Part shown: in pieces, positions 27,060 through 36,711 of the stretch
How positions within the stretch are numbered: position 1 is the first letter of the stretch
Layout of the letters: each line of letters starts with the position of its first letter
Sequence record: NC_048063.1
DNA from: Escherichia phage LL2
Strand: one strand, 5' to 3'
DNA length: 39,382 bases
Translations under genes and position numbers: made by a program
The notes under the pieces: generated by a model
Told to the model about the DNA's origin: nothing
What the model saw: only the letters and a program-made list of their open reading frames with translations
Databases searched by the model: none

Positions 27060-29303
27060 ATGGCTAGTAAACTAAATAGTGTTTTAGGCAACATGGCGAC
27101 TCCCGGTATGGAACGACTCCGGGGCGTCAAAGGTATGGACTATCGGGCAGCTACCATTCAGGCTGAACAACCAAGAGCGAGTCTTCTGGACTCCATTAGT
27201 CGATTCGCTAAGGCTGGTGCCGATATGTACATGGCGAAAGATGAACGTGATAAGCAACGAGCCGATGAGCGCTCCAACGAGATTATACGTAAGCTGACCC
27301 CTGAGCAGCGCCGACAGGCTATCCAGAATGGTACACTGCTGTATCAGGATGACCCATACGCAATGCAAGCCTTGAAGTTCAAGACAGGGCGTAACGCTGC
27401 GTTCCTAGTTGATGATGAGGTTCAACAGGCCATCAAAGAGGGTCGCTTCCGTACTCGTGAAGAGATGGAGCAGTATCGTCACTCACGCCTACAGGAGCAC
27501 TCGAAGTCGTTCGCTGAGCAGTTCGGCATCAATGAGATGGACGAGGAATACCAGAAGGGTTTCAATGCGAATATCACCGAGCGTAACATTGCTCTGTATG
27601 GGGCACATGATGCCTTCCTTAGCGACCAAGCGCAGAAGGGTGCAATCCTGAACTCGAAGGTTGAACTCAATGGTGTCCTGTCTGACCCTGACCTACTGTC
27701 TCGTCCTGAGTCCGGTGAGTTCTTCCAGAACTACATTGACAACTCCTTGGTGACAGGGATGACTGACAATCAGGCTCAACAGGTTATCTCTTCGTCCCTG
27801 AATGACGTGCTACAGCGTCCGGGAGGTGCAGCCTTCTTGCAGAACATTGAGAACCGCAAGGTAACTCTAAATGGCGCTACGACTACCTATCGTGAACTGA
27901 TGGGTGATGAACAGTGGCAGGCAATGATGATTAAGGCACAGCACACTCAGTTCCAGAACAACGCGAAGTTAACCGAGAAGTTCCGACTTGATATTAACTC
28001 AGCGCTTAACCAAGCGGACACTGGTAAAGGCTGGGAGACTCTTCAAGGTATCAAGGCCGAACTCGATAAGATTCAGCCGGGTGAAGAGATGACTCCTGAG
28101 CGCGAGTGGCTGATTTCCGCACAGGAACATATGCGCACACGCTTCAAGCAGGAACAGGCTGAGACAGCCAAGCTGATGGACAAGCAACAGAAGACCCTGA
28201 ATAAATCTTTGGTCATCGACAAGCAGTTCCAGAAGCGCCTCAACGGTGAATACGTCTCGACCAATTATAAGGACATGCCGACCAACGAGAACACTGGTGA
28301 GTTCACACATAGCGATATGGTCAACTACGCGAACCAGAAGTTAGCGGAAATAGAAGCGATGGACTTAACACCTGAACAGAAAGACAAACTGAAATTGGAC
28401 TACCTACGGGCAGACTCCAAGGAGGGTGCTTTCCGTGCAGCGTTTGGTGAGATGATTACTGATGCTGGAAACGAATGGCAGGCTGCGGTGATTAACGGTA
28501 AGATGCCTGATAGCACACCAGCGATGGACAACCTTCGTCGCATCCGTAACACTGACCCTGACCTGATTGCCTCTCTGTATCCTGACAAGGCCGAGTTGTT
28601 CCTGACGATGGACATGTTGGATAACCAAGGTATCGACACGCAGGTTCTTATCGACGCTGATAAGGCCCGAGCACAGAAGACCAAGGAGATGCAGTTTGAG
28701 GATGACCGAGCGTGGGCAGCTATGATGAACGATTCAACGAATCCTCAAATCAAGTACATGCCTTCGAGTGTCCAAGGTTACGCGCGGAAGATTTATGATT
28801 CCGTGAAGTACCGGACAGGGAACCCTGACATGGCAACCGAACAGGTCGCAAAGTTCCTCTCTGATTCAACGACTACGTTCTCCAGTAGTGATGTTGATGG
28901 CGATACCTATGGTGTCCTGCCGAATAACATCCTGACTGTTTCGGATGACCCTAAGTCGTGGGAGCAAGGTAAGAACATTCTGGACGAAGCCATTAAGGGA
29001 ATCACAGCGGCGAACCCTTGGATTACCAACAAGCAACTGACGGTGTACCAGCAAGGCGATTCAATATACCTGATGGACACAACCGGACAGGTTCGCATTC
29101 GGTATGACCAAGAGTTGCTCCAGCGTGAGTACCAGCGTACCGCACAGATGCAAGCTGAGGCAGCACGAGAGAAAGCCCTCAAAGAGGCCAACAAGCGTGC
29201 CCCAATCAGCCGTGTATCACAGGCGCGTGAAGAAGCGCGTAAACGTGTCCAAGAGAAACGGAAGAAGACTCCGAAGTACATCTATGGACGTAAAGAAGAC
29301 TAA
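27060..29303 (+). CDS. 15: Internal virion (core) protein C (gene 15)
   Basis: 747 aa, identical length to T7 gp15. Confidence 0.88.
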   Translation: MASKLNSVLGNMATPGMERLRGVKGMDYRAATIQAEQPRASLLDSISRFAKAGADMYMAKDERDKQRADERSNEIIRKLTPEQRRQAIQNGTLLYQDDPYAMQALKFKTGRNAAFLVDDEVQQAIKEGRFRTREEMEQYRHSRLQEHSKSFAEQFGINEMDEEYQKGFNANITERNIALYGAHDAFLSDQAQKGAILNSKVELNGVLSDPDLLSRPESGEFFQNYIDNSLVTGMTDNQAQQVISSSLNDVLQRPGGAAFLQNIENRKVTLNGATTTYRELMGDEQWQAMMIKAQHTQFQNNAKLTEKFRLDINSALNQADTGKGWETLQGIKAELDKIQPGEEMTPEREWLISAQEHMRTRFKQEQAETAKLMDKQQKTLNKSLVIDKQFQKRLNGEYVSTNYKDMPTNENTGEFTHSDMVNYANQKLAEIEAMDLTPEQKDKLKLDYLRADSKEGAFRAAFGEMITDAGNEWQAAVINGKMPDSTPAMDNLRRIRNTDPDLIASLYPDKAELFLTMDMLDNQGIDTQVLIDADKARAQKTKEMQFEDDRAWAAMMNDSTNPQIKYMPSSVQGYARKIYDSVKYRTGNPDMATEQVAKFLSDSTTTFSSSDVDGDTYGVLPNNILTVSDDPKSWEQGKNILDEAIKGITAANPWITNKQLTVYQQGDSIYLMDTTGQVRIRYDQELLQREYQRTAQMQAEAAREKALKEANKRAPISRVSQAREEARKRVQEKRKKTPKYIYGRKED

Positions 29304-29321
29304 CAGTGATAAGGAGGCTCC

Positions 29322-32300
29322 ATGAGCTACGATAAGAACAAACCTAGCGAGTTCGATGGGTTATTTCAAAAAGCGGCAGACAAACATGGGGTCTCCTATG
29401 ACCTGCTTCGTAAATTAGCATTCAATGAGTCCAGTTTCAATCCAAAGGCCAAATCACCAACTGGCCCGAAGGGTCTCATGCAGTTCACCAAGGGTACAGC
29501 CACTGCGCTGGGACTCAAGGTCACTGATGCAGACGATGATGACCGTTACAACCCTGAGTTGGCTGTGGATGCAGCCGCTCGTCACCTGAGTGACCTCATT
29601 CGTAAATATGATGGGGATGAGCTTAAGGCAGCCTTAGCGTACAACCAAGGCGAGGGCAGAAATGGTGCCCCTCAGATGCAGGCCTACGACAAAGGTGATT
29701 GGGCCTCAATCTCTGAGGAAGGTCGTAACTATATGCGCAACCTGATGGACGTAGCTAACAGTCCTCGCAAGGGGGACTTGGAGGCGTTCGGCGGTATCAC
29801 CCCAAAGGCTAAGGGCATTCCATCGGGGGATGCATTTGCTGGAATCGGGAAGAAGCAGACGGTAGGAACCGACCTGCCGGAGTCAACTGGATTCAAAGTG
29901 GAGGGTAAAGAGCAGAAAGCACCTAACGTGCCTTATGCTAAGGACTTTTGGGAAAAGACTGGAACAACACTGGACGAGTTTAACTCACGCTCTACCTTCT
30001 TCGGAATTGGAGATGCAACAAGTGCTGAGCTTCACAACTCTGTACTTGGAGTTGCTTTCCGTGCAGCCCGTAGCGACGATGGTTTTGATTTGTTCAAGGA
30101 CACCATTACGCCTACCCGTTGGAATAGCCACACTTGGACTCCAGAAGAGCTAGAGCGAATCCGTAAGGAGGTGAAGAACCCCGCGTACATCAACGTAGTC
30201 ACTGGAGGCTCTCCTGAGAATCTGGACGCCCTCATTAAGATGGCGAATGACAACTACGAGATGGACGCACGGTCTGCCGATGCTGGTGTTGGTGCCAAAC
30301 TTACTGCTGGTATCGTCGGTGCTGGTGTAGACCCGCTGAGTTACGTGCCGCTAGTAGGCGTAGCCGGGAAGGGTCTCAAGGTGGTTAACAAGGCTTTCAT
30401 TGTGGGTACTCAAAGTGCTGGCCTCGCTGTTGCCTCTGAGGGTCTCCGTACATCAATCGCTGGTGGAGAAGCCCACTATGCTGATGCTGCTTTAGGTGGT
30501 CTGATGTTCGGTGCCGGGATGAGCGCAATCAGTGACGCTATCGCCGCTGGTATTCGCCGTTCCCGTGGTACTGAGGTTGTTAATGACTTCGCTCCTATGG
30601 CACACCGCTTGGAAGCCCGTGAGACCGCTCTGAACTCTGGTGGGGAAGACCTGACCCGTATGCCTAGCGAGAACCGTGTGTTCGACCGTGAGCACGCTGG
30701 CGTTGAGTATTCACCTCTGGAGACCGAGCCGGGTGCCGTTGTGTTGCCTCAAGGTCAAATCCTTAGCGACACCAACCCGATGAACCCTCAGACTCTTAGC
30801 GAGTTCGAGGCGGTCAACCCTGAGCGTGCCTCTCGTGGTATCTCTTTGGGTGGTTTCACTGAGATTGGCTTGAAGACTCTCCGCTCTGAGAACCCGACTG
30901 TTCGCTCCATTGCGAGTGACCTTGTGCGTTCTCCGACAGGGATGGAATCAGGCTCTAATGGTAAGTTCGGTGCGACTGCTTCTGACATTAAGGAGCGGCT
31001 CCACGCGAACAATCAGCGCACCTACAATCAGCTTTATGATGCTGTGCGTACTGCAATGAAAGACCCTGAGTTCTCCACGGGTGGGGCCACAATGAGCCGT
31101 AAGGAAATCCGACAGGAAATCTACAAGCGTGCAGCCTTGGCGATTGAGCGGCCTGAGTTCCAAGCAAACCTGACAAAGGGTGAGCGGAACGTGATGAACA
31201 TCCTCAAGCAGCACTTTGACCTCAAACGTGAAATCATGGAGAACCCGTCAATCTTTGGCAACACCAAGGCGGTAAGTATCTTCCCCGGCTCACGCCACAA
31301 GGGAACCTACGTGCCAAACGTGTACGACCGCGCTATCAAGATTGAGATGGTTAAACGCTACGGTAATGATGGCTTGCAGCGAGCAATCGCGGAGTCATGG
31401 TTGACGTCTTATCGCGCACGTCCAGAAGTCAAAGCGAGGGTCGATGAGTACCTGATGGAACTCAACGGTCTCAAATCCGTGCAGGAAGTTACGCCGGAGA
31501 TGGTGCAGAAGCACGCGATGGATAAGGCGTATGGTATTTCACACGCTGACCAGTTCTCTGCCTCCTCTGTCATTGATGATAACATTGAGGGTCTGGTGGG
31601 AATCGAGAACAACAACTTCTTGGAAGCCCGTAACATGTTCGACAGTGACATGGCGGTGACTCTCCCTGATGGTAACACGTTCTCTGTGAATGACCTGCGT
31701 ACCTATGACATGGCTGAAATTCTCCCTGCATACGACCGCCGAGTTGATGGTGACGTTGCAATCATGGGTGGTTCCGGTAAGACTACCAAAGACCTGAAAG
31801 ATGAAATCATGGCGCTGGATAAGCAGTCAGAGGGTAACGGCACACTGAAAGGTGAAGTGGAAGCCCTCAAGGACACCGTGAAGATTCTTACTGGTCGTGC
31901 TCGTAGGAACCCGGAAGGCGCTTGGGGTACAGCCCTGCGCTCCGTCAATGACCTCACGTTCTTTGCTAAGAACGCCTATATGGGCGCACAGAACGTTACT
32001 GAAATCGCTGGTATGCTGGCGAAAGGTAACGTCTCTGCGATAACTCACGGAATACCCATGATTAACGATTGGGTCAACCGTGGTAAACCGCTTCGTGCCT
32101 CTGAGATTAAGGAGCTACACGGGATGGTGTTCGGTAAGGAACTAGACCAACTAATCCGTCCGGGACGTGAAGACCACGTGCGACGACTCCGGGAGTCTAC
32201 GGACACCAGCGCTGCGGTTGCCAATGTGGTCGGTACGATTCGTTTCGGTACTCAAGAGTTGGCTGCACGCTCTCCTTGGACAATGCTCCTAAACGGAACA

Positions 32301-33284
32301 TCAAACTACATTCTTGATGCTGCCCGTCAGGGTGTGCTTGGGGATGTGGCTGGAGCGGCCCTTGCTGGGAAAGCCTCTAAGTTCGGTAAGGCAAACTACC
32401 TTAAGTCTGCCTCTATCAGCCCTGAGCAGTGGAATGGAATCAAGCAGTTGTTCAGAGACCATGCGACTCGTGGAGAAGATGGTAAGTTCACCATTCGTGA
32501 CAAACAGGCTTTCGCTAACGACCCACGTTCAATGGACTTGTGGCGACTGGCCGACAAGGTGGCGGATGAGACTATACTGCGCCCTCACAAGGTTTCCTCA
32601 CAGGACTCCAAAGCGTTCGGTGCAGGGGTGAAGATGGTGATGCAGTTTAAGAACTTCGTCATCAAGTCACTTAACTCCCGGTTCGTCCGTAGCTTCTACG
32701 AGGCAACGAAGAACAACCGTGCGCTAGACCAAGCGTTGACTCACATCATCTCTTTGGGTCTAGCTGGTGGTTACTACGTTGGGCAGGCGCACCTTAAGGC
32801 TGCAAGTCTACAGGAGCACAAACGTAAGGAGTACCTTAAGAACGCCCTTGACCCTAAGATGATTGCTCATGCATCAATCTCTCGTAGTTCACACTTAGGT
32901 TCACCATTGAGTATCTACGACATGTTCGCTGGGATGGTTGGTAGTGATACCTATAAGTACACCCGCTCTACGGTACTCCCTAAAGAGTCCGAGAAGCGTG
33001 ACCCTACCAAGGCAGTGACAGGTAGACAGGTAGCTTCAACTATCGCAGGTGCAATTGGTGAGCAGGTTCCGGGTTTAGGTTTTGTTGGCTCTGTGGGTGC
33101 AACAGCTATTAACGCCGCTTCCCTGCTGTCTTCTCCGAACAAGGCTACCGCTCTGGAGTTCCGTACAGGCCTCTTCAACACCTCTCGTGAGTTGATTCCT
33201 AATGACCCGCTATCGCAGCAACTCATTATGAAAATCTACGAGGCCAATGGTATCCGCATAAAGGAGATACCGAAGAAACAATAA
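29322..33284 (+). CDS. 16: Internal virion protein D with N-terminal lytic transglycosylase domain (gene 16)
   Basis: 1320 aa versus 1318 in T7; N-terminal LAFNESSFNPKAKSPTGPKGLMQFTKGTA is a soluble lytic transglycosylase motif. Confidence 0.93.
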   Translation: MSYDKNKPSEFDGLFQKAADKHGVSYDLLRKLAFNESSFNPKAKSPTGPKGLMQFTKGTATALGLKVTDADDDDRYNPELAVDAAARHLSDLIRKYDGDELKAALAYNQGEGRNGAPQMQAYDKGDWASISEEGRNYMRNLMDVANSPRKGDLEAFGGITPKAKGIPSGDAFAGIGKKQTVGTDLPESTGFKVEGKEQKAPNVPYAKDFWEKTGTTLDEFNSRSTFFGIGDATSAELHNSVLGVAFRAARSDDGFDLFKDTITPTRWNSHTWTPEELERIRKEVKNPAYINVVTGGSPENLDALIKMANDNYEMDARSADAGVGAKLTAGIVGAGVDPLSYVPLVGVAGKGLKVVNKAFIVGTQSAGLAVASEGLRTSIAGGEAHYADAALGGLMFGAGMSAISDAIAAGIRRSRGTEVVNDFAPMAHRLEARETALNSGGEDLTRMPSENRVFDREHAGVEYSPLETEPGAVVLPQGQILSDTNPMNPQTLSEFEAVNPERASRGISLGGFTEIGLKTLRSENPTVRSIASDLVRSPTGMESGSNGKFGATASDIKERLHANNQRTYNQLYDAVRTAMKDPEFSTGGATMSRKEIRQEIYKRAALAIERPEFQANLTKGERNVMNILKQHFDLKREIMENPSIFGNTKAVSIFPGSRHKGTYVPNVYDRAIKIEMVKRYGNDGLQRAIAESWLTSYRARPEVKARVDEYLMELNGLKSVQEVTPEMVQKHAMDKAYGISHADQFSASSVIDDNIEGLVGIENNNFLEARNMFDSDMAVTLPDGNTFSVNDLRTYDMAEILPAYDRRVDGDVAIMGGSGKTTKDLKDEIMALDKQSEGNGTLKGEVEALKDTVKILTGRARRNPEGAWGTALRSVNDLTFFAKNAYMGAQNVTEIAGMLAKGNVSAITHGIPMINDWVNRGKPLRASEIKELHGMVFGKELDQLIRPGREDHVRRLRESTDTSAAVANVVGTIRFGTQELAARSPWTMLLNGTSNYILDAARQGVLGDVAGAALAGKASKFGKANYLKSASISPEQWNGIKQLFRDHATRGEDGKFTIRDKQAFANDPRSMDLWRLADKVADETILRPHKVSSQDSKAFGAGVKMVMQFKNFVIKSLNSRFVRSFYEATKNNRALDQALTHIISLGLAGGYYVGQAHLKAASLQEHKRKEYLKNALDPKMIAHASISRSSHLGSPLSIYDMFAGMVGSDTYKYTRSTVLPKESEKRDPTKAVTGRQVASTIAGAIGEQVPGLGFVGSVGATAINAASLLSSPNKATALEFRTGLFNTSRELIPNDPLSQQLIMKIYEANGIRIKEIPKKQ

Positions 33285-33302
33285 ACCCTCACTAAAGGGA
33301 GA
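33280..33302 (+). promoter_or_regulatory. Phage RNAP promoter (phi17-like) AATAAACCCTCACTAAAGGGAGA
   Basis: Consensus match; overlaps gene 16 stop. Confidence 0.75.
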
Positions 33303-33355
33303 GAGGTCACATTCTGGCCTCTTCTCTCCTAATGCTAATTTACAAAGGAGGTCAC

Positions 33356-35098
33356 ATGGCTACAACTATTAAGACCGTGATGACTTACCCGCTGGATGGT
33401 TCAACTACGGACTTTAATATTCCGTTCGAGTATCTGGCGCGTAAGTTCGTCCGAGTGACCCTTATCGGTGTTGACCGAAAGGAACTCACCTTGAATCAAG
33501 ACTATCGTTTTGCAACTAAGACCACAATCTCCACAACGAGAGCATTGGGGCCAGCGGACGGTTATAACCTTATCGAGATTCGGCGGTACACCTCAGCGAC
33601 TGAACGTCTGGTTGACTTTACGGATGGCTCAATCCTCCGTGCGTATGACCTGAACATCTCGCAGGTGCAGACCCTCCACGTTGCTGAGGAAGCGCGTGAC
33701 CTTACCGCTGATACGATTGGCGTTAACAACGATGGTGACTTGGATGCTCGTGGTCGTCGTATCGTGAACGTTGCGGACGCTAAAGACCCCGGTGACGCAA
33801 TCAACTTAGGTCAAGTCCAGAAGTGGAACGACTCTGCGTTGAACTCTGCGAACCGCGCACGGGCTGAGGCCGACCGTGCAACTGTGCGTGCTTCAGAGGC
33901 TGCTACCTCTGCGGGTAACTCTGCGAGTTCTGCAAGCCTGTCCCGTGATTGGGCTATCAAGGAATCTCCGGTGGAAGGAACCTTTAAGTCTTCCCGGTCG
34001 TATGCCATTGACTCTATGGCGTACCGGGATGCGTCCAAGAGTTCTGCCGATGCTAGTGCTGCAAGTGCTGGTGCCGCTAAGACCTCTGAGATTAACGCGA
34101 ATAACTCAAAAATCGCTGCGAAGACCTCTGAGACCAACGCGAAGACCTCTGAGAACAACGCTAAGGCTTCCGAGGAACGAGCCATTGAGGAAGCAAATAA
34201 GCTGGAGAACATGAATGATTTGGTTGGTGCAATTGATAAGGTAGATGGGGCAAATGTGTACTGGAAAGGAAATATTAACGCTAATGGGAGGCTTTTCCTG
34301 ACCACAAACGGTTTTGACTGTGGACAGTATCAACAGTTCTTTGGTGGTGTTACTTATCGTTACTCTGTCATGGAGTGGGGCGATAAGGACGGATGGCATT
34401 TGTATTCCGAGAGGAAAACCGAAGGCGGGAGGCCAACGCTCAATGTAAATGGTGATGTGAGCGTCGGTTTTGACATTCGGACGGGTGCTAATCAATTTGC
34501 TAATCACATGTTTGTACACGACAGGGTACAATACTGGCCCGGTGCTGGCATGTTTGTTAACCAGTTGTCTGTCCCAGAAGCGCCATTTATCAAACAAGGG
34601 AGATATGAGGCCCCATCTGGTAACAGCTTATACGCCCCTATTGTTAAGGGAATCATACGGACGGCAGGTCACGGGTATGACACAGCGCTGTCCTTTGGTA
34701 CTCTAACACAGGGTAACGGGTCGTTTGCTTCTGCGGGTATTCATGCGATTGGGGATAACGGCACTTCTGGTTTCTGGGAATTTAACCCTAACAATAGGTC
34801 CTTCCGTAGTCAAGGTGATGGGTTCTTTGGCAACACTACTGTCTATCAGGATGGTAACATCGGTGGCCCTACGTGGGGTGGCGACCTAGCGCACTGGCTC
34901 AGAGTAAATACGGTTAACCACATTGCTATGGGCGGAGTCAACCAGTCAATAGTGTGGAATAGCTACGGTGTTTCTGATGGTGGCGGCAAGGTAGTAACTG
35001 GCGTTGTAAACTCTAACGCTGATGGTGCGATAGACTATTGTCAGTGGCGTGTTATGCAATACGTTCGTAACGACGGTCAATGCTTTAATATTTACTGA
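33356..35098 (+). CDS. 17: Tail fibre protein (gene 17), conserved N-terminal tail-attachment domain, coiled-coil shaft, divergent distal domain
   Basis: N-terminus MATTIKTVMTYPLDGSTTDFNIPFEYLARKFV...LVDFTDGSILRAYDLN matches T7 gp17; start at ATG 33356 with AAGGAGG RBS; central KVDGANVYWKGNINANGRLFLTTNGFDCGQYQQFFGG is also T7-like. Confidence 0.92.
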   Translation: MATTIKTVMTYPLDGSTTDFNIPFEYLARKFVRVTLIGVDRKELTLNQDYRFATKTTISTTRALGPADGYNLIEIRRYTSATERLVDFTDGSILRAYDLNISQVQTLHVAEEARDLTADTIGVNNDGDLDARGRRIVNVADAKDPGDAINLGQVQKWNDSALNSANRARAEADRATVRASEAATSAGNSASSASLSRDWAIKESPVEGTFKSSRSYAIDSMAYRDASKSSADASAASAGAAKTSEINANNSKIAAKTSETNAKTSENNAKASEERAIEEANKLENMNDLVGAIDKVDGANVYWKGNINANGRLFLTTNGFDCGQYQQFFGGVTYRYSVMEWGDKDGWHLYSERKTEGGRPTLNVNGDVSVGFDIRTGANQFANHMFVHDRVQYWPGAGMFVNQLSVPEAPFIKQGRYEAPSGNSLYAPIVKGIIRTAGHGYDTALSFGTLTQGNGSFASAGIHAIGDNGTSGFWEFNPNNRSFRSQGDGFFGNTTVYQDGNIGGPTWGGDLAHWLRVNTVNHIAMGGVNQSIVWNSYGVSDGGGKVVTGVVNSNADGAIDYCQWRVMQYVRNDGQCFNIY

Positions 35099-35110
35099 TA
35101 GGAGGACGAT

Positions 35111-35635
35111 ATGGGAACTTTACGTCACTATAAGAATTTCGTAAATTACACTCCAGAACGCACCAAAGAGAATGCAGACCTTCTAGACCACGGAGTCGGT
35201 TTCTCAAAGGATGAGAACGGGAATGACTGGTATGAACTTCGCAAGACATTCCGTGAGGATACATGGAAACTTGTCTACGCCAAAGATGGTTCAGTTATTC
35301 AATGTGAACAGGATGTTCAGGAGTTAGCCGTTCAGGGATCTGCTGGGGTGGTTGAGCTTGAGGAAATCCCTGCTGAGTATTCTCGGTACAATATGGTTCA
35401 GTGGTGGTGGGACGGCGATAAGCTAACTTGGTATCCTCGGTACTTTGAGCACAAGAAGGCCCAGCTAATCTCTATGGCCTCCAAGAAGATTGAGCAGTAT
35501 GCTGACTTTATAGCTCTTGGGGAGGAGGGATTAGAGGGTATACTAAATGCGTGGCGAGCCTATCGCCTTGCTGTATATAAAGTAGACCTGAGTGTTCTAC
35601 CTTTCTATGACTGGCCCGAGCAACCAGAAACCTAA
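35111..35635 (+). CDS. Tail-fibre assembly chaperone, lambda Tfa-like
   Basis: 174 aa; C-terminus LNAWRAYRLAVYKVDLSVLPFYDWPEQPET follows the conserved Tfa C-terminal pattern (AW..YR..L..VD.S....WP..P); AGGAGG RBS; sits directly after the fibre gene. Confidence 0.7.
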   Translation: MGTLRHYKNFVNYTPERTKENADLLDHGVGFSKDENGNDWYELRKTFREDTWKLVYAKDGSVIQCEQDVQELAVQGSAGVVELEEIPAEYSRYNMVQWWWDGDKLTWYPRYFEHKKAQLISMASKKIEQYADFIALGEEGLEGILNAWRAYRLAVYKVDLSVLPFYDWPEQPET

Positions 35636-35694
35636 TGACAACCTCAAGGAAAGACGTGTAGTCCACGGATGGACTCTTACAAGGAGGACACTAC

Positions 35695-35898
35695 ATGCTG
35701 TCTTTAGATTTTAACAACGAGTTAGTCAAGGCTGCACCTATTGTTGGTACAGGTGTGGCTGATGGCGCTGCGAGGCTTTTCTTCGGGCTGAGTCTTAATG
35801 AGTGGTTCTATGTTGCCGCTATCGCCTACACAGTGGTTCAGATTGGTGCCAAGGTAGTCGATAAGATGATTGACTGGAAACGTGCAAACAAGGAGTAA
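35695..35898 (+). CDS. 17.5: Holin, class II (gene 17.5)
   Basis: 67 aa; MLSLDFNNELVKAAPIVGTGVADGAARLFFGLSLNEWFYVAAIAYTVVQIGAKVVDKMIDWKRANKE is nearly identical to T7 gp17.5. Confidence 0.9.
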   Translation: MLSLDFNNELVKAAPIVGTGVADGAARLFFGLSLNEWFYVAAIAYTVVQIGAKVVDKMIDWKRANKE

Positions 35899-35901
35899 CC
35901 T

Positions 35902-36168
35902 ATGAGTGACAAGACTTTAATCAAGCTGCTGGAGATGCTAGACACTGAGATGGCACAGCGTATGCTTGCTGACCTCCAGAGCGAGGAACGCCGAACTCCG
36001 CAGCTTTACAACGCAATCGGCAAACTGTTAGACCGCCATAAGTTCCAAATCAGTAAGCTGACCCCGGATGAGAACATCCTTGGCGGTCTCGCGGCAGGTC
36101 TGGAAGACTACAACAAAGTGGTCGGCCCTAATGGTCTGACTGACGATGAGACTATCACGCTACAGTAA
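35902..36168 (+). CDS. 18: Terminase small subunit (gene 18)
   Basis: 88 aa versus 89 in T7; position before Rz/terminase large. Confidence 0.8.
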   Translation: MSDKTLIKLLEMLDTEMAQRMLADLQSEERRTPQLYNAIGKLLDRHKFQISKLTPDENILGGLAAGLEDYNKVVGPNGLTDDETITLQ

Positions 36169-36175
36169 GTGACAT

Positions 36176-36215
36176 ACTCAAGGTTCTCCACTCGGGGGAG
36201 CCTTTATGGATGTTA
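36176..36215 (+). promoter_or_regulatory. RNase III-site hairpin repeat (R18.5-like)
   Basis: TACTCAAGGTTCTCCACTCGGGGGAGCCTTTATGGATG. Confidence 0.45.
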
Positions 36216-36258
36216 TTTGGTGCATCTATGTGAAATCTGAAAATTGATGGGAGGTGTT

Positions 36259-36711
36259 ATGCTAAAACTTTTACGCAGCGCACTCCCTTGGGTACTCGCC
36301 GGGACACTCTTTATGGGTGGCTGGCACTTAGGGTCAACCCATGAGAGAGCAAACTGGAAGGAGGTAATCCAAAATGAGTACATTGCGAAAACAAAAGCAA
36401 CCGCAGCAACTCAGGCAGAGGTCAGTCGGGTATCCCGTGAGTACCAAGAAGAGATTGCAGCCATTGAAGGCAGCACTGATAGGATGCTTAATGACCTGCG
36501 TAGTAATAATAAGCGGCTGTCAGTCCGCATCAAGACCCTTACCGGACTACCAGAAGATAACGGTAGATGCGAGTTTAATGGTCGAGCCGAACTACACGAG
36601 TCAGATGCTAAGCATATTATCGGAATAACCCAAGCTGCTGATGCTCACGTAAGAGCGCTCCAGCGTACTATTAAGGAGATGCAGAATGAGCGACACCCAA
36701 GCAAACCGTAA
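36259..36711 (+). CDS. 18.5: Rz-like inner-membrane spanin (gene 18.5)
   Basis: N-terminal transmembrane segment [18 protein letters not shown], coiled-coil periplasmic part; GGGAGG RBS before ATG 36259; resembles T7 gp18.5. Confidence 0.8.
   Translation: MLKLLRSALPWVLAGTLFMGGWHLGSTHERANWKEVIQNEYIAKTKATAATQAEVSRVSREYQEEIAAIEGSTDRMLNDLRSNNKRLSVRIKTLTGLPEDNGRCEFNGRAELHESDAKHIIGITQAADAHVRALQRTIKEMQNERHPSKP
36374..36628 (+). CDS. 18.7: Rz1-like outer-membrane lipoprotein spanin (gene 18.7), embedded in +1 frame of 18.5
   Basis: Lipobox-like [11 protein letters not shown]; AAGGAGG RBS; fully nested in 18.5 as in T7. Confidence 0.65.
   Translation: MSTLRKQKQPQQLRQRSVGYPVSTKKRLQPLKAALIGCLMTCVVIISGCQSASRPLPDYQKITVDASLMVEPNYTSQMLSILSE

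Noticed and set aside
33811-34597. Two minus-strand ORFs of 164 and 163 aa
   Set aside because: Antisense to the tail fibre gene; repetitive Ala/Leu/Ser translation reflects the fibre coiled-coil repeats read backwards.
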